The notes below the pieces were generated by a model that did not search any database, was not told the origin of the DNA, and worked only from the letters and a program-made list of their open reading frames with translations. A DNA stretch of 64,000 nt from Octopus vulgaris (Eukaryota), in assembly GCA_951406725.2 (NCBI GenBank), contig OX597818.1, positions 37,200,001 to 37,264,000 on the forward strand, in the 5' to 3' direction. Positions 62,381 to 64,000 of this stretch are shown one piece after another (the first letter of the stretch is position 1; each line of letters begins with the position of its first letter). Both the position numbers and the translations under genes were made by a program.

Positions 62381-63134
62381 TTTGCATACAAAATGTGAAA
62401 AAGTACCCTATACATCTAGACAGAGCATAAATTTTACTTTTGCTTGGAAAAGGCTAGCGGTGATTCAGAAGTTTTCCCAGTAACCAGTCTCATCGGATTG
62501 TCTTTGTCTAACAACATCACTGAATCTTCAAAGTCCGTAAAAATTTTTCCATGCAAAAAAAAATATATATATATATAATGTGTGTGCTTAACTAAAGATA
62601 TATACATGTCTGTTGGAACCTACATATATATGTATATATAATACATTTACATGCATAATATAAATGTAGTGTATGTACTTTTCTGTATTATGTTGTACAG
62701 CTCCTGAGTTAGGACTTAGTGAATATGTTCTTAGACTACTGATTTAAAAGGTCACAATCCCAAATACTCTGACAACTACAGGATTGTATTGCTTAAACAA
62801 CCTGCAACCCTCTATTTGTTTCAGTCTGTCTCGCTTCCTTGTTTTTTGATTTGTTTGTTTTATTTTTTTTTTTCCTCTCTTTTTAAATCTAAAACTTGTA
62901 GTACCTCCACCTAGTTAAAATGTCAAACTCCATAGAATTATGTATTTTGAAAATGCTCAAATTATTTACATCACGCCTATAAAAATTTTGTTGGTGGAGG
63001 GGATGGAATTTGTGTATGGTAGTTTTCAAATCTATCTTAAATATTCAACACATTTTCATCATATTATTGTGTGCAAATGACCAGTCAGAAATGTTTTATA
63101 TAATTGGCCTTGATTCATTTCTCTACATAGAGTA

Positions 63135-63455
63135 ATGGGTAAAGAGCCCCTGTGGTTATGAATGACCATGAGATTGCACCTAGAAATTTCCCCTCCAAGA
63201 CACAAGCCTGGGCAAGGTTGTTTTTGGAAGACTGGCAATTGCCCATGCATACCAGCCTCCCCTCTCCATGCCACCAATGTTATTTAAGGGAAAGGCAAAG
63301 GCTGGTTCAGCTTGACACCAGTGACATCACAACTCAGTTCTACAGTTGAGTGACCTGGAGCAACATGAAATAGAGTGTCTTGCTCAAGAACACAACACAG
63401 AGCCTGGTCTGAGAATCAAACTCAGACACTCTAACCACTGAGCCTTGTACCTTCA
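63135..63455 (-). mobile_element. Family D-related SINE (homologue of 49148), older
   Basis: gggtaaagagcccc...gcccatgcataccagcctcccctctcca...cttgctcaagaacacaacac...ctctaaccactgagcc. Confidence 0.88.
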
Positions 63456-63474
63456 TATTTCACTAAATGATATC

Positions 63475-64000
63475 ATCATTATTTAATATCCACTTTTCCA
63501 TGAATACTGGGTCAGAAAGAATCTCTTGATGCAAATTTTCTACAGCTAGATACCCTTTCTACCACCAAATCTGGAACCCAACCTAGGCCCCCATATCTAC
63601 AGCATTCACCGCTGGAATAAGGAGTGGTTGGAGATCACGCGGTCATTAGCCTTAAATCGCCAGGCCTGGTTGGCATTTGTGAGAGATGCAGCATTGAGGA
63701 TGAATGAAGCCAGCTCAACCCACCCCGGGTGAATGCTGTAAGAAGAAGAAGAAATCTCACCTGTTTCCAGGTAAAATAATATTTCCCCTTGGCCAGATAT
63801 GTTTTACATGGAAGGCTAGAAATAAACATTGCTTATATGACAGTACTGTTTATTTACATCCATCATATTATGTAATATCAGGACAAGGGTAAACACACAC
63901 ACATATACAAAGGGCTCCTTTCAGTTTCCATCTACCAAATCCACTCACTAGGCTTTGGTCAACCTGGAGTTAGAGTAGTAGCCATTTGCCCAAGGTGCCA
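63475..64000 (-). mobile_element. Family A head with C-type tail, truncated by the window end
   Basis: cacttttccatg...tttcagtttccatctaccaaatccactcac...tgcccaaggtgcca. Confidence 0.75.
63571..63751 (+). mobile_element. RTE-clade LINE extreme 3' end (a further family) nested in a SINE
   Basis: LEPNLGPHIYSIHRWNKEWLEITRSLALNRQAWLAFVRD...STHPG*; (aag)n tail; TSD aaatct at 63567-63572 and 63752-63757. Confidence 0.8.

Overview
This is AT-rich, repeat-dense eukaryotic DNA with no recognisable cellular protein-coding gene, rRNA, true tRNA or CRISPR array. The repeat families resemble, from recall, those of coleoid cephalopods (Octopus); this is an inference, not a database match. Roughly 50 short interspersed repeats fall into five families I label A-E. 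There are also 3' fragments of CR1/L2- and RTE-type LINEs, three mariner derivatives, a Tigger remnant, piggyBac-, hAT- and Helentron-type non-autonomous elements, two Penelope-like pieces and many microsatellites. Almost all supplied ORFs are repeat or low-complexity artefacts. One clean 57-nt exon candidate (+, 47260-47316) suggests the window is mostly long intron. The most interesting signals are candidate self-cleaving ribozymes carried by repeats: (1) an HDV-like fold at the head of family E, visible only in the consensus of about 7 decayed copies; (2) a second HDV-like head near 46.8 kb; (3) hammerhead cores in a 491-bp unit bounded by 74-bp direct repeats, and at 58.8 kb. Also notable is a palindromic mariner built from two 5' ends. 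Coordinates were read by eye and boundaries of decayed repeats are approximate.
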